64,000 nt of DNA, taken from positions 1,712 through 65,711 of the forward strand of contig CAYQWZ010000003.1 in assembly GCA_964421635.1 (NCBI GenBank). Direction: 5' to 3'. Under the pieces are notes generated by a model that had not been told where the DNA came from, made no database searches, and saw only the letters and a program-made list of their open reading frames with translations. How positions within the stretch are numbered: position 1 is the stretch's first letter; each line of letters begins with the position of its first letter. Below are positions 17,378-27,679 of the stretch, piece after piece. A program made the position numbers and the translations under genes. Source of the DNA: an uncultured Candidatus Saccharibacteria bacterium (GTDB lineage: Bacteria > Patescibacteriota > UBA1384 > CAILIB01 > JAUSJZ01).

Positions 17378-17431
17378 TTTATTAGTGTTTAAGACTTAGA
17401 CTTGTAAAATAATTTTATCACTATTACTACA

Positions 17432-20400
17432 TTACCATGCAATATGGATTACATCCCAGAAGTCAGGGGAGGTGCAGATGCCGTAATTCTTCGGATCACC
17501 AGTAGCGTTTGAGTTACAGGCTCCTGAACGATAGCGCAAATTGAGAGCGTAAATTTGGTCAGCGTATTGGCTGTCTTCTTGATATAGGTCATGATTTTGT
17601 ACAGAAGTTTCGATTCCCTGAACCTTATTGGCGTCATCGGCCGACTCGTTAATGCGGTGAATTAATACTTGAGTAGGATAAAAATCGGAAGTGTAGTATT
17701 CAGCCCCGCGCTCTTCTCCCATAAAAAGGTCAGTTACCAAATTAATCACCTTGCCGCGCGCCGCCTCTTTGAATCCGTGGAGTTTTTGCACTTCATTTGT
17801 CGGATCAAATTCGCCGAAATAGGTACCCTTTAATTTACCAATATCATTCAGCGTCTCGGCCGCTGGCCACTGAGTGTACGGCACATTGCCCGTGCTCGGG
17901 TCGAAAGGTGGGGAGAACTCTCCCACCTTACCCACAAAAGGATAATAGCCGTCGGCGGTGGCTTTGGTAGTTATTCTAGTTTTGCCAAAGCCAAAGATTG
18001 TGACTAACACAAAGATGGCTAAGCTGACGAAGAACATTGGGCCGGTGCCAATTATTAAGGCGGTTAAAACTAAACTTAGTGCACCCGTAATTGTGCCTGG
18101 TGGTAAACCGATAGCGGTTTCAATTTTAGCAATCTCTTTGCCAAAAATTAAGTCTACTACATAAATTCCTAGCTCAATAGCCGCGTTAACCATTTGCGTT
18201 TTGAGCATGGCTATCTGTTCAGCACTCTGTTTTAATTTTACGGCTTGACTGTATGAATCGTAAGTTTTGTAGAAATTGTATGAAAGCTGGTAGGCATGCG
18301 CCAGTTTACCAGCTTGAATTCCCAGAATTTGTTCACCAAAGTAGAATGCTCGACCAAGCAGCCAGTTGGTATCGTAAAGCTCTGATAATCCTTTTACACC
18401 TACTCCTGAAATTGAGAAGGATTGATCGTTGCCGTTAAGCGCAAAGCCAAACACACCGGCCAAGGTGCCATCAACTAAGCCTAGGTCTTTAAATAGGGCG
18501 GAGCCGAACAGATCGTCTTCAAAACCAGAGAGACGGACTAATCCTTGTTCCGTTAGAAGCTCATTAATATTAGCGCTGTTGCCCTGAATCATTTCAATAG
18601 TGGCCTTAATGGTTTGCTGTTCTGTCAGCCAGCCCAACCCTTGACTGTCTAAATCACTGCGGAACTGCTTGGCCAAAACATTGGAGCTAATATAGGCAAT
18701 AGCGTTTGTTCTCTCTTCAGGCGTTCCTTCGAATAAAATTCGAGATAAGCCAGGCGCTACTAATCCTTTTTGATCGAGTAGCTTCGATAAACCAAAGTCC
18801 ATAGAGGCGTAGCCGAACTCTTTGCCAATGTAATCCCAAGAAGTTTGGGCGACCATTTGAGTGCTCTTGGTGGCGGCAGCGCGGGAGCTATCTGTCTGTA
18901 CAGCCGCTTTTATGCTGTCTAGGGTGGCTTGGTCTAGTCGCTCGTCAGCGGTGTCGTAGCTGGCATCGTTATTTGTTTGTGCCACTTCAGAGTCTGGTTC
19001 TTCAACCACATTCTCATTAGCTGTTTCGGCGTCACCACCTTCAAAGTTTTGTTGTAGCTCGTTTTCGGTGTCAGTGCGTTTATTATCTAAACTTAGCTCA
19101 GCGCCAGCCGCCACCGCCTGCAACACTAGCTGCTCTACTTCATTAGCTAATCCTTCTTCCTCGGTTAGGGCGGGAGCATGGCTGCTGGTTTGCAAAACAT
19201 TGCGAACTCTATTAATTTCACCATCGACATCGACGCCATCTTCGCGTGCTTCTGTAATAGATCTATTGGCGGTGCTTGCGAAGGATACATAACTGTCTTT
19301 AGTAGACAGAGCCTCAATATTTAAATCGGCGATAGCCATAACGGCGTTGATAGGAACTTGGAAGAACGGCCAAACTTCGCCTCCAATTTGTTGCTGAATG
19401 TACTGGCCAGCGATATCTCTAAACTCGCTTAAGGCGCCTACCATAGCTGCAGTAGGATTAACTCCTGCTAACTCGAAGTGACCTGAATCGCGATTATATA
19501 AAGCGCCAAACAGCACTCGTTGCATTACTCTCTTGGCATTAATGCTACGGTCATAATCATTAGTGTTAGTATCTGACATATTGATACCGAAAGCGCGGCC
19601 AGCTAATAATCGGACTCCTTGGTCGAATAGAATTTCATCTGCCTGTTTTGGTTTAGCAATGAGGTCGGCCATGGTGCCCGCTTCAAATCCTAAAGATTTA
19701 TCAATATTGAAGCTGAAGGCCTCAGACATAATTTTATAAACCCGAGCTAAACTGGCTGAGTCATACTCAGACTGTTTAAAGAAATCGATGAGAAAATTAC
19801 GATTGCTGCTGTTAGAAATTAAACCATCAAAAATTGGATCCTCAACACCTAGTCTTTGGAGTATGGCTGCAAACGCCTCGCCACCAAACTCTGTGGCTCC
19901 CTGCTCTCCAGCCATAGATACAAGCTGAGCGGTACTGATTTTTCCTTCAATCCACTTTCGAGTTGGCCCGTTATTCTCTTCATCTAAAATGCCTAGTCGG
20001 CGGTCAATGCCGTTCAGTCTAATTTCGTAGTAGTTATTTGATAAGCTTCCACCGAAGGCAGCGTCAATACTGCTGTTGATTAATCCGTCGTACTGATGAG
20101 CTAGAGCAAAATAATCATCTAGTAGATAGAAAATTCCTCGGTCAGCGCCTTCAGATTCAACAAAAATCTCTCGTGCTTCAAGATAAGATAACCTCATAGA
20201 AGTGGTCATCTCGTACATCTCTGTTTCAATGTCGTTCATCTTTTTGGTAATAGCTTTTGCTTCATCAGGAACAGGAATACTAAAAGCAGCCATTATTTTC
20301 TTCTGCCAGTCTCTCTTTTCAAGATCGTTCATAGAACCGGAGCCTTTCAACATCTCTTCTCTGGTGCCCTTAAATTCGCCTGTTTGTAATCCTAATATCT

Positions 20401-23400
20401 TTTCAATTCTGGCCTGCCCCATGCTCTCTACCGGATTATCTGTTAAGGTGAATCCTTTTGGCAGATCAAGTTCAATGCCCAGTTTGCCTAAAGTGGCGCT
20501 GATTATTGCCTGCTGCCGGTTCTCATCGCGCTCCGCGTCTGTGTTACCGTCAGGATAAATTACAGAATTGAAAAAATCACTTGGCAGCTCTAAGGTTTGC
20601 TCTAACTTACGACCACCAACACCCACCAAAGTTTTAACAGGATCACCCAAAATAAAGTCAGCGATATCGTCGGCCGTTAGCCAGTCAGGAATTTTGACAC
20701 CTAGCTTCTGAGCCAGTGAGCTAATGGTGCGAGCGGTAATATGCTCGCGACCCTTTTCGATTAGGCTTTGTCGGTCTGTTTCTCCGCCATCATTTCGAGA
20801 CGAGCCAACAGCGAAGAATAAATTATCGGCAGTCTGGTCGCCTTCGTAGAAAAGATAGAGTGCCTCTTTTGGTAAATCTAGGGTGTCAGCTAATTTTTGA
20901 ATTCCCAAATGCACCAAAATGTTATCTATATTGCCTCCAGCTAAAGCGCCTTGTGCCGAACTGATCAGCAATTTGTCAGAGCCAAAAAGTATTCGTAAAG
21001 GATTCAGAGGGACATCTTCTAGTGAACCAACATTCGTATTTAAACTCTCCAAACTAATCTCGCTTGGAATGTGCGAGCTGTAAGCAACAGAATCGCCCTC
21101 CATAATTTCCATCACCGCTCGTTCGATATCTGAGGCGGCGCCTAATATCTGATTGACGGAATCGAAACTGTCTGAATCCTCAACAAAATCAATAATGCTA
21201 AAGAGGTCATCTTTAACATCGCGCACAGTGTAGCTGCTCTCTAGGTTGGTTAAATTGTCACCTAGCTCTACCACGCCCGCAATAGTGCGTTTGCTGTTGT
21301 TAATTATGTTTTGTACCTGACCCTGTACTCCATCTGGGAAATCGCTGACGCGCCGCTCAATGATGCGCAAGGAGTCATAAATTTTTTGATAGCGATTAAC
21401 ATAGAAAAAGATATCAGAGGCTAATTCAGTGTCTTCCAGCTGTTCGTATTCTGGGCTGTCTTGTACTTTTTCTATTAAAAGGCGGCGACCGATGCGTCTA
21501 AATTCGTGGGCTGGTTTATCACTCAAAAAGACATCGGCGTAGAAGTTGTCTTTTGGATTAGAGGCTACGAAATTTGTGTCACCGCTAACATTTGTAACAC
21601 TTGTTCTAAACTCTTTTTGGTCGTGGCTAGGTAGAGTTTCAGACAGGTACCAAACGCCAGCTATTTTGAAAGCGCTCTCGGCGTTGCTGCCCCCAATAAT
21701 ATCGAACATCGTGCCAGCCGGAAAGCCGAAAACTCGGTCGCGTTGCTGTGAAGTACCATCAGGGTTTTGACCATAGTCGCGGTAGTCATGCAGTGTTTGT
21801 AAAGAGTCATTCAAAATATTTAAAGATGCATTATACAGGGCTATTTTTTTCTGCTCTTCTTGAGTGAGATTGTTGGCAGTGATTATTGAGCCGTTGCCAG
21901 GGACATTTAAGCTAGCGATTAATCCTTCAATGGTGCCAGTCAAAGTTTCTAAAGAAGAGATTTCGGACGCTGCATTGCTTAAGAAACTTGTGCGAGCATC
22001 TTTGTTAGAAGGATTATATGTAATCATGCCTTCAAGCGGATCATAGGTTGGCCCAGGATTTTCTGCTTGGTAGGCCTTAGCCTTAAGCCGTTCAGCTATT
22101 TGTACAACACTGTTAGCAATATCTCCTTGTCCGGCATCCTGTAAATATTTTTTTAGAATAAACAGTGAGCCTGACTGGCCAGCCCCTCCTTCGTTCTCTC
22201 TATTGGTCAGCTGCTGCACTATAAATAGAGGGCTGGCTGGAGTATAATCTTCAGCTGCATTTGCAGATTCGACATGGTAGCGACCTAAATTAGCATCCCA
22301 GACTTTTTGGCCGGCCGCCTGTTTGAACTCAGCCACATTGCCAGAGTTAATAAAGCGCAAAGTAGTATTGGCTGGTAGTCGCAGTCGCTCATCAATTATG
22401 ATGGCATTTTGAGCGGCAAAAACAGTATTGTATCGAGCCTCTCCTATAGCGGCTTTGACTTCATTAATATCATTTGAAGCGAAGGATCTCTCTGGTACGG
22501 GCAAGCGCTCTTCAATGTATCCCCATCCTAAATGCTCCTTAAACCCATTCACTGAGTCGTAGTTATTTAGGGCGTAACTTTTGATGCCCAAGAGGTCTGC
22601 TAGCCGCTGTTTTCCAATGTTCGTAAGTAAATCGTTAGGACTATCTCCTTCAGGCAGTCTATCGAGCCCAATCTGTTTAGCTACAAACTGACGGCCAGTG
22701 TACTCTTCAATATCGGCCAAAGAGTTGGCGTTGCGAATTGCTTCAGGGTCAACATTAAGAGCTCCTCCCAAAACAATAGCACCAAAATCTTTAATAGTGT
22801 CGCCAAAATTAAACTGTGAAATATCTTGGCCGTCGAGCAGAGTTCCCAGCAGCTGGCCACCGACAAACTTGGCTAAATCTTCTGTACTCAAGCTGTCGAG
22901 GGTGCGGCCATCAAAATTGAATTCACCTAAAATTTCTTCTGCATCTAAAAGCTCAAAAATGCTATTAAAAGATAGATCTTGCAGCATTTCATGAATAGCC
23001 AACTCGGGTAGAGGTTCGGCGGCAATTCCGTCATCTGATTGCCAAGCGACTTTAATGTTTATTGGTTTTTGGAACTTATAGCTGTTAGAGCTGCTGAATA
23101 TTCCGGTTTTTCGAATGCGGGTGGTGACTCGAATGCGATCAATCTCTGAAATATCAATAGCCTGTGAAACGGCGTGCGAGCCTTCATTAAACTTAATTGG
23201 CACATCTTGGCCGTTGATTTTTTGAGTTGAAAAATCGCGGCTAGTTAAATCTACGAAGTGAGGGCTACGGGTAGTCTCTAAGCTTTTATCCCATTTACCG
23301 TTACCGTTGGTGTCAATGTATTCTTCGCCTTCATTCTGCTCGTAAATTCCGTCACCGTCATCATCTAAAATTGGTTCTGCTCGGTTCTGCTGCTCCTTGC

Positions 23401-24316
23401 CTTTCTCAATAAACTGAGTTAATCTTTCAACTTTCAAGTATTCTCGGCCGGCACCTCCATCGCTGCGTGGTTTGAGTAGGTAGTCAAGGGCTAAAATTAC
23501 CCGTACATCAACGCGCGGAGGGTCGCAGTATTGGTCTTTATCGCGGGCACCATTAATGAATTCGTTGTCTTCGCTAGCGTTCCAATTAAGACAATCCCCG
23601 TTGTTCTCACCTGTAATAGCCACTAAATCTCGGCTGTGCTCAAATACCAAGCGCCGCTCATAAGTAGTTAGAGGATTCAGCCGTTCTTGTAGATCAGAAT
23701 TAATTGTATAGAAGTTTGGTAGGTATTTTGTTAATACTTCAGCCGTCAGATCTTCTTCAAGAGAAGATGAAATATTATTGCTCTCATCATTATTAATATT
23801 TTCTAGTTTTTGAGCATCTTCTCTTGGAACATAAGCATAAGTTCGGCTATTGTCGTCTTGGCTAACACTTTCATCTGGGATAAAAGATTGATTTTCAATC
23901 TTATCAATAACCTCTCGTTTATTCAGAAAAATAACAACATCATTGTCGTAAGCTGTTTCAAAACTGTTGTGTTCATCAATGACAAGGGTTAGGGCATAGC
24001 TATCAATGTCGTCGGGAAATCCTTCTCCAGGTGTGTAGACAAGGTCGTGGTCGTTGTTTGTAATAAAAGATCGACTCAATGGCGCTTCTAAATCATTTGC
24101 TCTTGGTATATCGCCTAAATCAGAAGGATTGGAACTTTCTTGATTCAAAAGCTCAATATCTTCCCCACTTCCTTCAAAGTCGCTTTCATCTGATGAGTTG
24201 GGTAATTCATCAGGATCAATTTGGGCATAAACAGTCAGAGTACTTAAAGGTAAAAATAAAGATAGTGAAGCAATTATATTTAAGCAGATGAATTGTTTAA
24301 ATAATCCTTTTTTCAT
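17432..24316 (-). CDS. Giant surface/envelope protein (2294 aa) with N-terminal signal peptide and C-terminal TM segments
   Basis: Uninterrupted 6.9-kb ORF. Signal peptide MKKGLFKQFICLNIIASLSLFLPLSTLTVYAQ. Two hydrophobic helices near the C-terminus (LSLVLTALIIGTGPMFFVSLAIFVLVTIFGFG). The start overlaps the upstream gene by 4 nt. Confidence 0.7.
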   Translation of the reverse strand: MKKGLFKQFICLNIIASLSLFLPLSTLTVYAQIDPDELPNSSDESDFEGSGEDIELLNQESSNPSDLGDIPRANDLEAPLSRSFITNNDHDLVYTPGEGFPDDIDSYALTLVIDEHNSFETAYDNDVVIFLNKREVIDKIENQSFIPDESVSQDDNSRTYAYVPREDAQKLENINNDESNNISSSLEEDLTAEVLTKYLPNFYTINSDLQERLNPLTTYERRLVFEHSRDLVAITGENNGDCLNWNASEDNEFINGARDKDQYCDPPRVDVRVILALDYLLKPRSDGGAGREYLKVERLTQFIEKGKEQQNRAEPILDDDGDGIYEQNEGEEYIDTNGNGKWDKSLETTRSPHFVDLTSRDFSTQKINGQDVPIKFNEGSHAVSQAIDISEIDRIRVTTRIRKTGIFSSSNSYKFQKPINIKVAWQSDDGIAAEPLPELAIHEMLQDLSFNSIFELLDAEEILGEFNFDGRTLDSLSTEDLAKFVGGQLLGTLLDGQDISQFNFGDTIKDFGAIVLGGALNVDPEAIRNANSLADIEEYTGRQFVAKQIGLDRLPEGDSPNDLLTNIGKQRLADLLGIKSYALNNYDSVNGFKEHLGWGYIEERLPVPERSFASNDINEVKAAIGEARYNTVFAAQNAIIIDERLRLPANTTLRFINSGNVAEFKQAAGQKVWDANLGRYHVESANAAEDYTPASPLFIVQQLTNRENEGGAGQSGSLFILKKYLQDAGQGDIANSVVQIAERLKAKAYQAENPGPTYDPLEGMITYNPSNKDARTSFLSNAASEISSLETLTGTIEGLIASLNVPGNGSIITANNLTQEEQKKIALYNASLNILNDSLQTLHDYRDYGQNPDGTSQQRDRVFGFPAGTMFDIIGGSNAESAFKIAGVWYLSETLPSHDQKEFRTSVTNVSGDTNFVASNPKDNFYADVFLSDKPAHEFRRIGRRLLIEKVQDSPEYEQLEDTELASDIFFYVNRYQKIYDSLRIIERRVSDFPDGVQGQVQNIINNSKRTIAGVVELGDNLTNLESSYTVRDVKDDLFSIIDFVEDSDSFDSVNQILGAASDIERAVMEIMEGDSVAYSSHIPSEISLESLNTNVGSLEDVPLNPLRILFGSDKLLISSAQGALAGGNIDNILVHLGIQKLADTLDLPKEALYLFYEGDQTADNLFFAVGSSRNDGGETDRQSLIEKGREHITARTISSLAQKLGVKIPDWLTADDIADFILGDPVKTLVGVGGRKLEQTLELPSDFFNSVIYPDGNTDAERDENRQQAIISATLGKLGIELDLPKGFTLTDNPVESMGQARIEKILGLQTGEFKGTREEMLKGSGSMNDLEKRDWQKKIMAAFSIPVPDEAKAITKKMNDIETEMYEMTTSMRLSYLEAREIFVESEGADRGIFYLLDDYFALAHQYDGLINSSIDAAFGGSLSNNYYEIRLNGIDRRLGILDEENNGPTRKWIEGKISTAQLVSMAGEQGATEFGGEAFAAILQRLGVEDPIFDGLISNSSNRNFLIDFFKQSEYDSASLARVYKIMSEAFSFNIDKSLGFEAGTMADLIAKPKQADEILFDQGVRLLAGRAFGINMSDTNTNDYDRSINAKRVMQRVLFGALYNRDSGHFELAGVNPTAAMVGALSEFRDIAGQYIQQQIGGEVWPFFQVPINAVMAIADLNIEALSTKDSYVSFASTANRSITEAREDGVDVDGEINRVRNVLQTSSHAPALTEEEGLANEVEQLVLQAVAAGAELSLDNKRTDTENELQQNFEGGDAETANENVVEEPDSEVAQTNNDASYDTADERLDQATLDSIKAAVQTDSSRAAATKSTQMVAQTSWDYIGKEFGYASMDFGLSKLLDQKGLVAPGLSRILFEGTPEERTNAIAYISSNVLAKQFRSDLDSQGLGWLTEQQTIKATIEMIQGNSANINELLTEQGLVRLSGFEDDLFGSALFKDLGLVDGTLAGVFGFALNGNDQSFSISGVGVKGLSELYDTNWLLGRAFYFGEQILGIQAGKLAHAYQLSYNFYKTYDSYSQAVKLKQSAEQIAMLKTQMVNAAIELGIYVVDLIFGKEIAKIETAIGLPPGTITGALSLVLTALIIGTGPMFFVSLAIFVLVTIFGFGKTRITTKATADGYYPFVGKVGEFSPPFDPSTGNVPYTQWPAAETLNDIGKLKGTYFGEFDPTNEVQKLHGFKEAARGKVINLVTDLFMGEERGAEYYTSDFYPTQVLIHRINESADDANKVQGIETSVQNHDLYQEDSQYADQIYALNLRYRSGACNSNATGDPKNYGICTSPDFWDVIHIAW

Positions 24317-25986
24317 TCTGTTAGTTGTGGCCTAGATACCTTTAGGATTTGATTTATTTGGCGATTGTCTTGGAATAATATAGCCTCATCTTCACTGCGA
24401 GGGCCGCCATCTGAACTGCAGAAATAGACTCTTTTTTGAGAATCAGAGAAGACAAACAGACCGTAGTGTGTTTCGTTGTCAACTTCTTTGGAGGTGATAA
24501 TAATGTCGCCATCCTCTAATGATTCGGCGTCGAAATCTTCGCCAACCTTGCTTGGTTTTAAGATTGTGCTAAAGGTTTTTGGTAAATCTACAGCATTAGG
24601 GCTGAGACACAAAATACAGTTACTGTCGTTGCCGCGAATCAGATATGTAATAAATCCGCTGGGGTCGCAGCCGCGTTTACCGCCCACCACATTGCTGCCG
24701 TCGCGAAGAGGCAAGCTTGTACTTTTAGGATTATCATTAGTACTGCCGACCCAATTTCCACTATCTCCAACCGCAGATATTGCCCTGCTGGCTAGCTCTT
24801 GCGGAGTTTTGACTGTCACGCCGAGAGTGAGATTAATTAATTCATCGAGATTTTGAAATAGCTCTTTTAGTTTATCTTCAATATCTTCTGTGCCGCCCAC
24901 AATCTCTTGAGCTAAAGTTTTGGCAGTGGCTAAAGGTCCCGCCACTATGGCTTCAGAGTTTGGTTTGCCAGCAATCTCTTCTTCAACCTTGTCTAAAAAC
25001 TCAATAATGCCACTTTCTGTCAGCTCCTTAGCCGAAGTAATCTGTCGAATCTCTTCATCACCAGCTAAGGTAGCTAGCCGTTCAATGGCTTCTTTGACAG
25101 TAGGATTAGACAGGTCTGCAGGCTGAGATAAAGTACCGCCGCGTGATCCGCCGCCAATTAAACTGGCGATGCCAGCCCCAAGACCTATTAATAAAATTAC
25201 AATTAATATTGGCCCAATATTGGCCACAATGAAAGGTATAACGACTGAGGCAACGCGAGCGCCCAATTGGGCGGCAATTTTAGCACCGGCCTGAGCTGCC
25301 TTGCCAGCCGCTCGCGCACCTGTTTTAACAGCAGAGCCAGCGGCTTTTGTCCCTGCCTTCACTCCAGATTTTGCTGCTTTTTCAGCTGCCCCTTTAGCCG
25401 CTTGACCACTGGCTTGCCCAGCTTTGCTTGCTGCCTGTTTACCAATCTGACTACCAGTTTTCATTGTTTGCTTGCCGGCTTTGCCGCCATATTCGGTAAC
25501 CGTTCTGGTGTCAGGAGTTTTGCTAGCTCTGGTTTTAGGGTCAATTTGTCGACTTTGTGGGTCTTCGCCTCTTTTATCAGCTGGCCTCTCAGCTTTCTGC
25601 TCTCGGGCTTTCTCTAAACTATCTTGTTCTTGTTGTCTGTTTTGGTCTGACTGCGACTGTTCAGCCCGTTCCTGCTGTTGCTCAAGCTGCTCCGACTCAT
25701 CTTCTTCTGAATATTGAGCGTTATTTAATTCTTCCAACTCCTCGTCACTAAGCTCCAAATCTTCATCAAAATCTTCTTCGCGATCACCAGTCGGCCCAGC
25801 ATCGCGACCAGCCCCAGACAGCGGAGCACCTTTCTGTCTTAACAGCGCCGCCAAATTAACAACATTTGAGGCCCCCGGTTTGGAAGGAACATTTCGACGA
25901 CGGATTATCTCAGCGCGCAAAGACCGACGGCTGCGCCCCATCCTTCTATTATTGTTATTTGGTTTTTTGTTAGGTGTATTGGCCAT
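24313..25986 (-). CDS. Membrane-anchored protein with a C-terminal NlpC/P60-like cysteine peptidase (cell-wall hydrolase) domain
   Basis: Basic N-terminus, acidic region, Ala/Lys-rich repeats, one TM helix (VVIPFIVANIGPILIVILLIGLGAGIASLIG), then GCDPSGFITYLI ... GDIIITSKEVDNETHYGLFVF, which resembles the Cys/His motifs of NlpC/P60 domains. Confidence 0.5.
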   Translation of the reverse strand: MANTPNKKPNNNNRRMGRSRRSLRAEIIRRRNVPSKPGASNVVNLAALLRQKGAPLSGAGRDAGPTGDREEDFDEDLELSDEELEELNNAQYSEEDESEQLEQQQERAEQSQSDQNRQQEQDSLEKAREQKAERPADKRGEDPQSRQIDPKTRASKTPDTRTVTEYGGKAGKQTMKTGSQIGKQAASKAGQASGQAAKGAAEKAAKSGVKAGTKAAGSAVKTGARAAGKAAQAGAKIAAQLGARVASVVIPFIVANIGPILIVILLIGLGAGIASLIGGGSRGGTLSQPADLSNPTVKEAIERLATLAGDEEIRQITSAKELTESGIIEFLDKVEEEIAGKPNSEAIVAGPLATAKTLAQEIVGGTEDIEDKLKELFQNLDELINLTLGVTVKTPQELASRAISAVGDSGNWVGSTNDNPKSTSLPLRDGSNVVGGKRGCDPSGFITYLIRGNDSNCILCLSPNAVDLPKTFSTILKPSKVGEDFDAESLEDGDIIITSKEVDNETHYGLFVFSDSQKRVYFCSSDGGPRSEDEAILFQDNRQINQILKVSRPQLTE

Positions 25987-27264
25987 TCAAGGAGCTAATT
26001 TTAGAGGAAAACTATAAAGAGTATTGTTGCTGACAAAATGCAATGTCGATTCATCGTTCGTCAAATAAATATGCTCGATATTATTGGTAATAGTTGGTGA
26101 GGATTCATACAGCTGAACCTCTTTTGAACTGACATTAAACTTAATTAATTGCGAGTTGCCGTTATCGTCAATGGCCTGAACTGTTAGGAAGTTGCTGTCG
26201 TCGTGCCAAACGAAAGCGCCAGATTTTGCCAAAGTGAACAGCTCGTCGCTTTCTCCTGTATCTGGATTAATTAGCACCAAGACAGGCAAAGCGGTGTCGT
26301 TCTCTTCTGCTACCAAGTAGGCGCCATTTGGGCTAAAACTGGCTTTAGATACACTCTTAGCGTTAGCGGAGTAGAGCTGATCAATAGCTAAATCGTAAAT
26401 AAAGAGATTGCCTTTGCTGTATAAAGGATTATCAATAACGGCGATTTTTGTGCCCGCCTTTGACCAAACAAACTCAGGAGCAGATAATTTGTCTAAAACA
26501 GCCAGAATGTTTTTATTATTCATACCGGTGTCAGCAGTACCAAAAACTGGTTCGTTGTCGCGGAACTCAACAAAACCTAGACGGTTGTGAGTGGCGTCAT
26601 ATTTAATATCTAGCACATTAGGATCAGCTAAAAGTTTAAACTCAGAGTTAACGAAATCTGGTTTAGTGAAGTCAAAAATGTACCAAATATTTTTGCTATC
26701 TTTGGTAATCACTGCTTTGTGCGAAGTAATCCATTCTAAATCGGAATTTCTTTTAAAGATTGGGTCTGAGATGGCTACTTTTTCGCCCGTGTCTAAGTTA
26801 TAACGAACAAGCGTGGTTAAATCTCGGCCTAAATAGTAAAGGGTATTAGTCGCTCGGTCGTAAGAAAGATAGGTGGCTTGACCAACCACATCTGATTCAG
26901 GATTAGAAGCGATAGTGACTGTTGGGGTAATTTCCACCGTTCTGCCTCGGGGAGCTTCAATAACCTCTTTATGGTTTACTTCTTGACCCGACATAATGCT
27001 AATGGTGTGTTTACCCGGAATGGTGACGAATTTAAAAGTATCCTCATCAATTTGTGCCAGACTAACTTCTTGCCCATCAATTAAAATTTCAACTTCCTGA
27101 TACTGTAAATTTATTAAAATGGTGCTGCGATTTAGAATGAATCTATTGACAGCTAGTGCCAGCAAAAAAACCGCCAGCAAAGTAGACAAAATTACATACT
27201 GCCGATGCTTGTACTCTTTCGAGGTGATATGTTTAATTTTTTTGATGACTTTTTTAAATGGCAT
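25987..27264 (-). CDS. Membrane-anchored protein with PEGA-like and TolB-like beta-propeller-like regions
   Basis: N-terminal TM helix; segment VEILIDGQEVSLA...GKHTISI is PEGA-like; repetitive beta-strand-rich C-terminal region with SPNGAYLV-type blades. Confidence 0.45.
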   Translation of the reverse strand: MPFKKVIKKIKHITSKEYKHRQYVILSTLLAVFLLALAVNRFILNRSTILINLQYQEVEILIDGQEVSLAQIDEDTFKFVTIPGKHTISIMSGQEVNHKEVIEAPRGRTVEITPTVTIASNPESDVVGQATYLSYDRATNTLYYLGRDLTTLVRYNLDTGEKVAISDPIFKRNSDLEWITSHKAVITKDSKNIWYIFDFTKPDFVNSEFKLLADPNVLDIKYDATHNRLGFVEFRDNEPVFGTADTGMNNKNILAVLDKLSAPEFVWSKAGTKIAVIDNPLYSKGNLFIYDLAIDQLYSANAKSVSKASFSPNGAYLVAEENDTALPVLVLINPDTGESDELFTLAKSGAFVWHDDSNFLTVQAIDDNGNSQLIKFNVSSKEVQLYESSPTITNNIEHIYLTNDESTLHFVSNNTLYSFPLKLAP

Positions 27265-27265
27265 T

Positions 27266-27679
27266 TTATTTTTCTACAACTTCAAAACTAATTGACTCAA
27301 CTGGTGCGTTTATTTTTTGTAACCAGTTTTTTGCGTCTACTTTTATACTATCCTGTTGCTTAAAATATTGTGAGGGTATTTCTAACCTTAAACTATTTAA
27401 ATCAACGAAATATAGGCTGTAATTGTCTGCAAAGTGGGGTAAGAAATCTAGCCACGGGTTATTTTTAATTTTTTCAGAGTAAGGCTGTGCTATCTCGTCA
27501 TTATCACTAGGTGCTGATTCAGCAACATCTGGTTGATTATCTCCAAAGTCAGTTATCTCAGTATCTGATTTTGTTGTTGGTGCTTTAATAGCTTTGTTAT
27601 TTGATGAGATCATAAAAAATCCAATTACGATTAAGACAATAATAAGTACGACAATTATTATTTTGGTTCTATTATCCAT
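27266..27679 (-). CDS. Small membrane-anchored hypothetical protein (137 aa)
   Basis: N-terminal TM helix IIIVVLIIVLIVIGFFMI; overlaps the upstream gene by 22 nt, suggesting translational coupling. Confidence 0.45.
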   Translation of the reverse strand: MDNRTKIIIVVLIIVLIVIGFFMISSNNKAIKAPTTKSDTEITDFGDNQPDVAESAPSDNDEIAQPYSEKIKNNPWLDFLPHFADNYSLYFVDLNSLRLEIPSQYFKQQDSIKVDAKNWLQKINAPVESISFEVVEK

